Shown piece by piece: positions 63,494 through 64,000 of a stretch of 64,000 bases of DNA. Position 1 is the first letter of the stretch; every line of letters begins with the position of its first letter. The translations under genes were made by a program, and so were the position numbers. Origin of the DNA: Bigelowiella natans CCMP2755 (Eukaryota > Protista > Cercozoa); contig ADNK01000542.1 of NCBI GenBank assembly GCA_000320545.1, forward strand, positions 1-64,000. Direction: 5' to 3'. Under the pieces are notes generated by a model. That model was not told the origin of the DNA and searched no databases. It was given only the letters and a program-made list of their open reading frames with translations.

Positions 63494-64000
63494 TCTACGC
63501 AATAACAATAACACAAGGCAACTGCATTGTTGATGGCTGCTTCATTGGGACCTGAGCGTTCTTCGCATTCGCAACGAACTTCTCAGCGTCGCAAATATTC
63601 CTCAGAGCATCAGGAGGCTCCTGATCACCAAGCGTCGTTTCTCAATCATGAGTCAAAGCAAATTCAAATCTGTGCCATTGCTGTTATTGATACGTGATTC
63701 TAGTAATGGTCCTTACGTTGTCATATGGATGCGGTTCTGTTCCATCGCCCCAAACGTGTATATGAGAGTCAAACGTGGCACTGACACCTGCTTTCCAACC
63801 CTTTTTCAACACCGCATACAAAGAAAAACAAGGCTGCATTAGCTCCTCTTTCCATACGCACATACCACCTCCTCCTCCCCCCCCTCCTCTTAGTTATGAC
63901 GATCATAATTCACCTTTTCCGCCCAAGCTCTAATTTCCTCCGCGCTCACGCCTTCGAATCTATTGTTATTCAAGCCCATGTCAGTAACCTATTGTGCGTG
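60868..64000 (-). CDS. Amidohydrolase_2 family (TIM-barrel metal hydrolase), 5'-partial, microsatellite-rich introns
   Basis: FDSHIHVWG, GALIVQPINYRFDHSYV, R|FNPYLW, VGVMCFKGL, IIDHWG, YVKMSALFRVS, FGSNR|LMWGSDYPF. Stop at 60868-60870. Confidence 0.9.

Noticed and set aside
1-64000. CRISPR arrays, rRNA, prokaryotic operons
   Set aside because: No repeat-spacer periodicity or rRNA motifs; genes carry spliceosomal introns.

Overview
Intron-rich eukaryotic nuclear DNA, gene-dense. It is most likely from a chlorarachniophyte alga. This is an inference from bipartite signal+transit leaders on plastid proteins, a green-lineage CPSFL1-like Sec14 gene, an LHCX/LI818 antenna gene and a ciliary KIF6. 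Most of the supplied ORF track is microsatellite noise, so I rebuilt genes by hand from GT-AG exons. In order: a partial Ty3/Gypsy-like gag-pol element, RPA12 (-), SF3B4 (+), a ~37-exon V-ATPase subunit a with microsatellite-filled introns (+), a DUF1244-MogA fusion (-), tRNA-Ser(AGA), CPSFL1-like (+), RING-H2 E3 (-), fumarase (+), fibrillin (-), LHCX (+), KIF6 (-), pterin carbinolamine dehydratase (+), NiCoT/UreH-like transporter (-), an orphan tail-anchored protein (+), PhyH-like dioxygenase (-), TMEM144-like (+), RhoGAP (+), ITPase with an organelle leader (-), a 2-TM PAC/ENaC-like channel candidate (+), and a 5'-partial amidohydrolase (-). Best leads: (1) the DUF1244-MogA fusion, which links an uncharacterised CxxC domain to molybdenum-cofactor synthesis; (2) the PAC-like channel candidate; (3) a palindrome-rich spacer downstream of nearly every gene 3' end; (4) a compact RNA structure upstream of gag. 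Exon boundaries were read by eye and no database searches were run.
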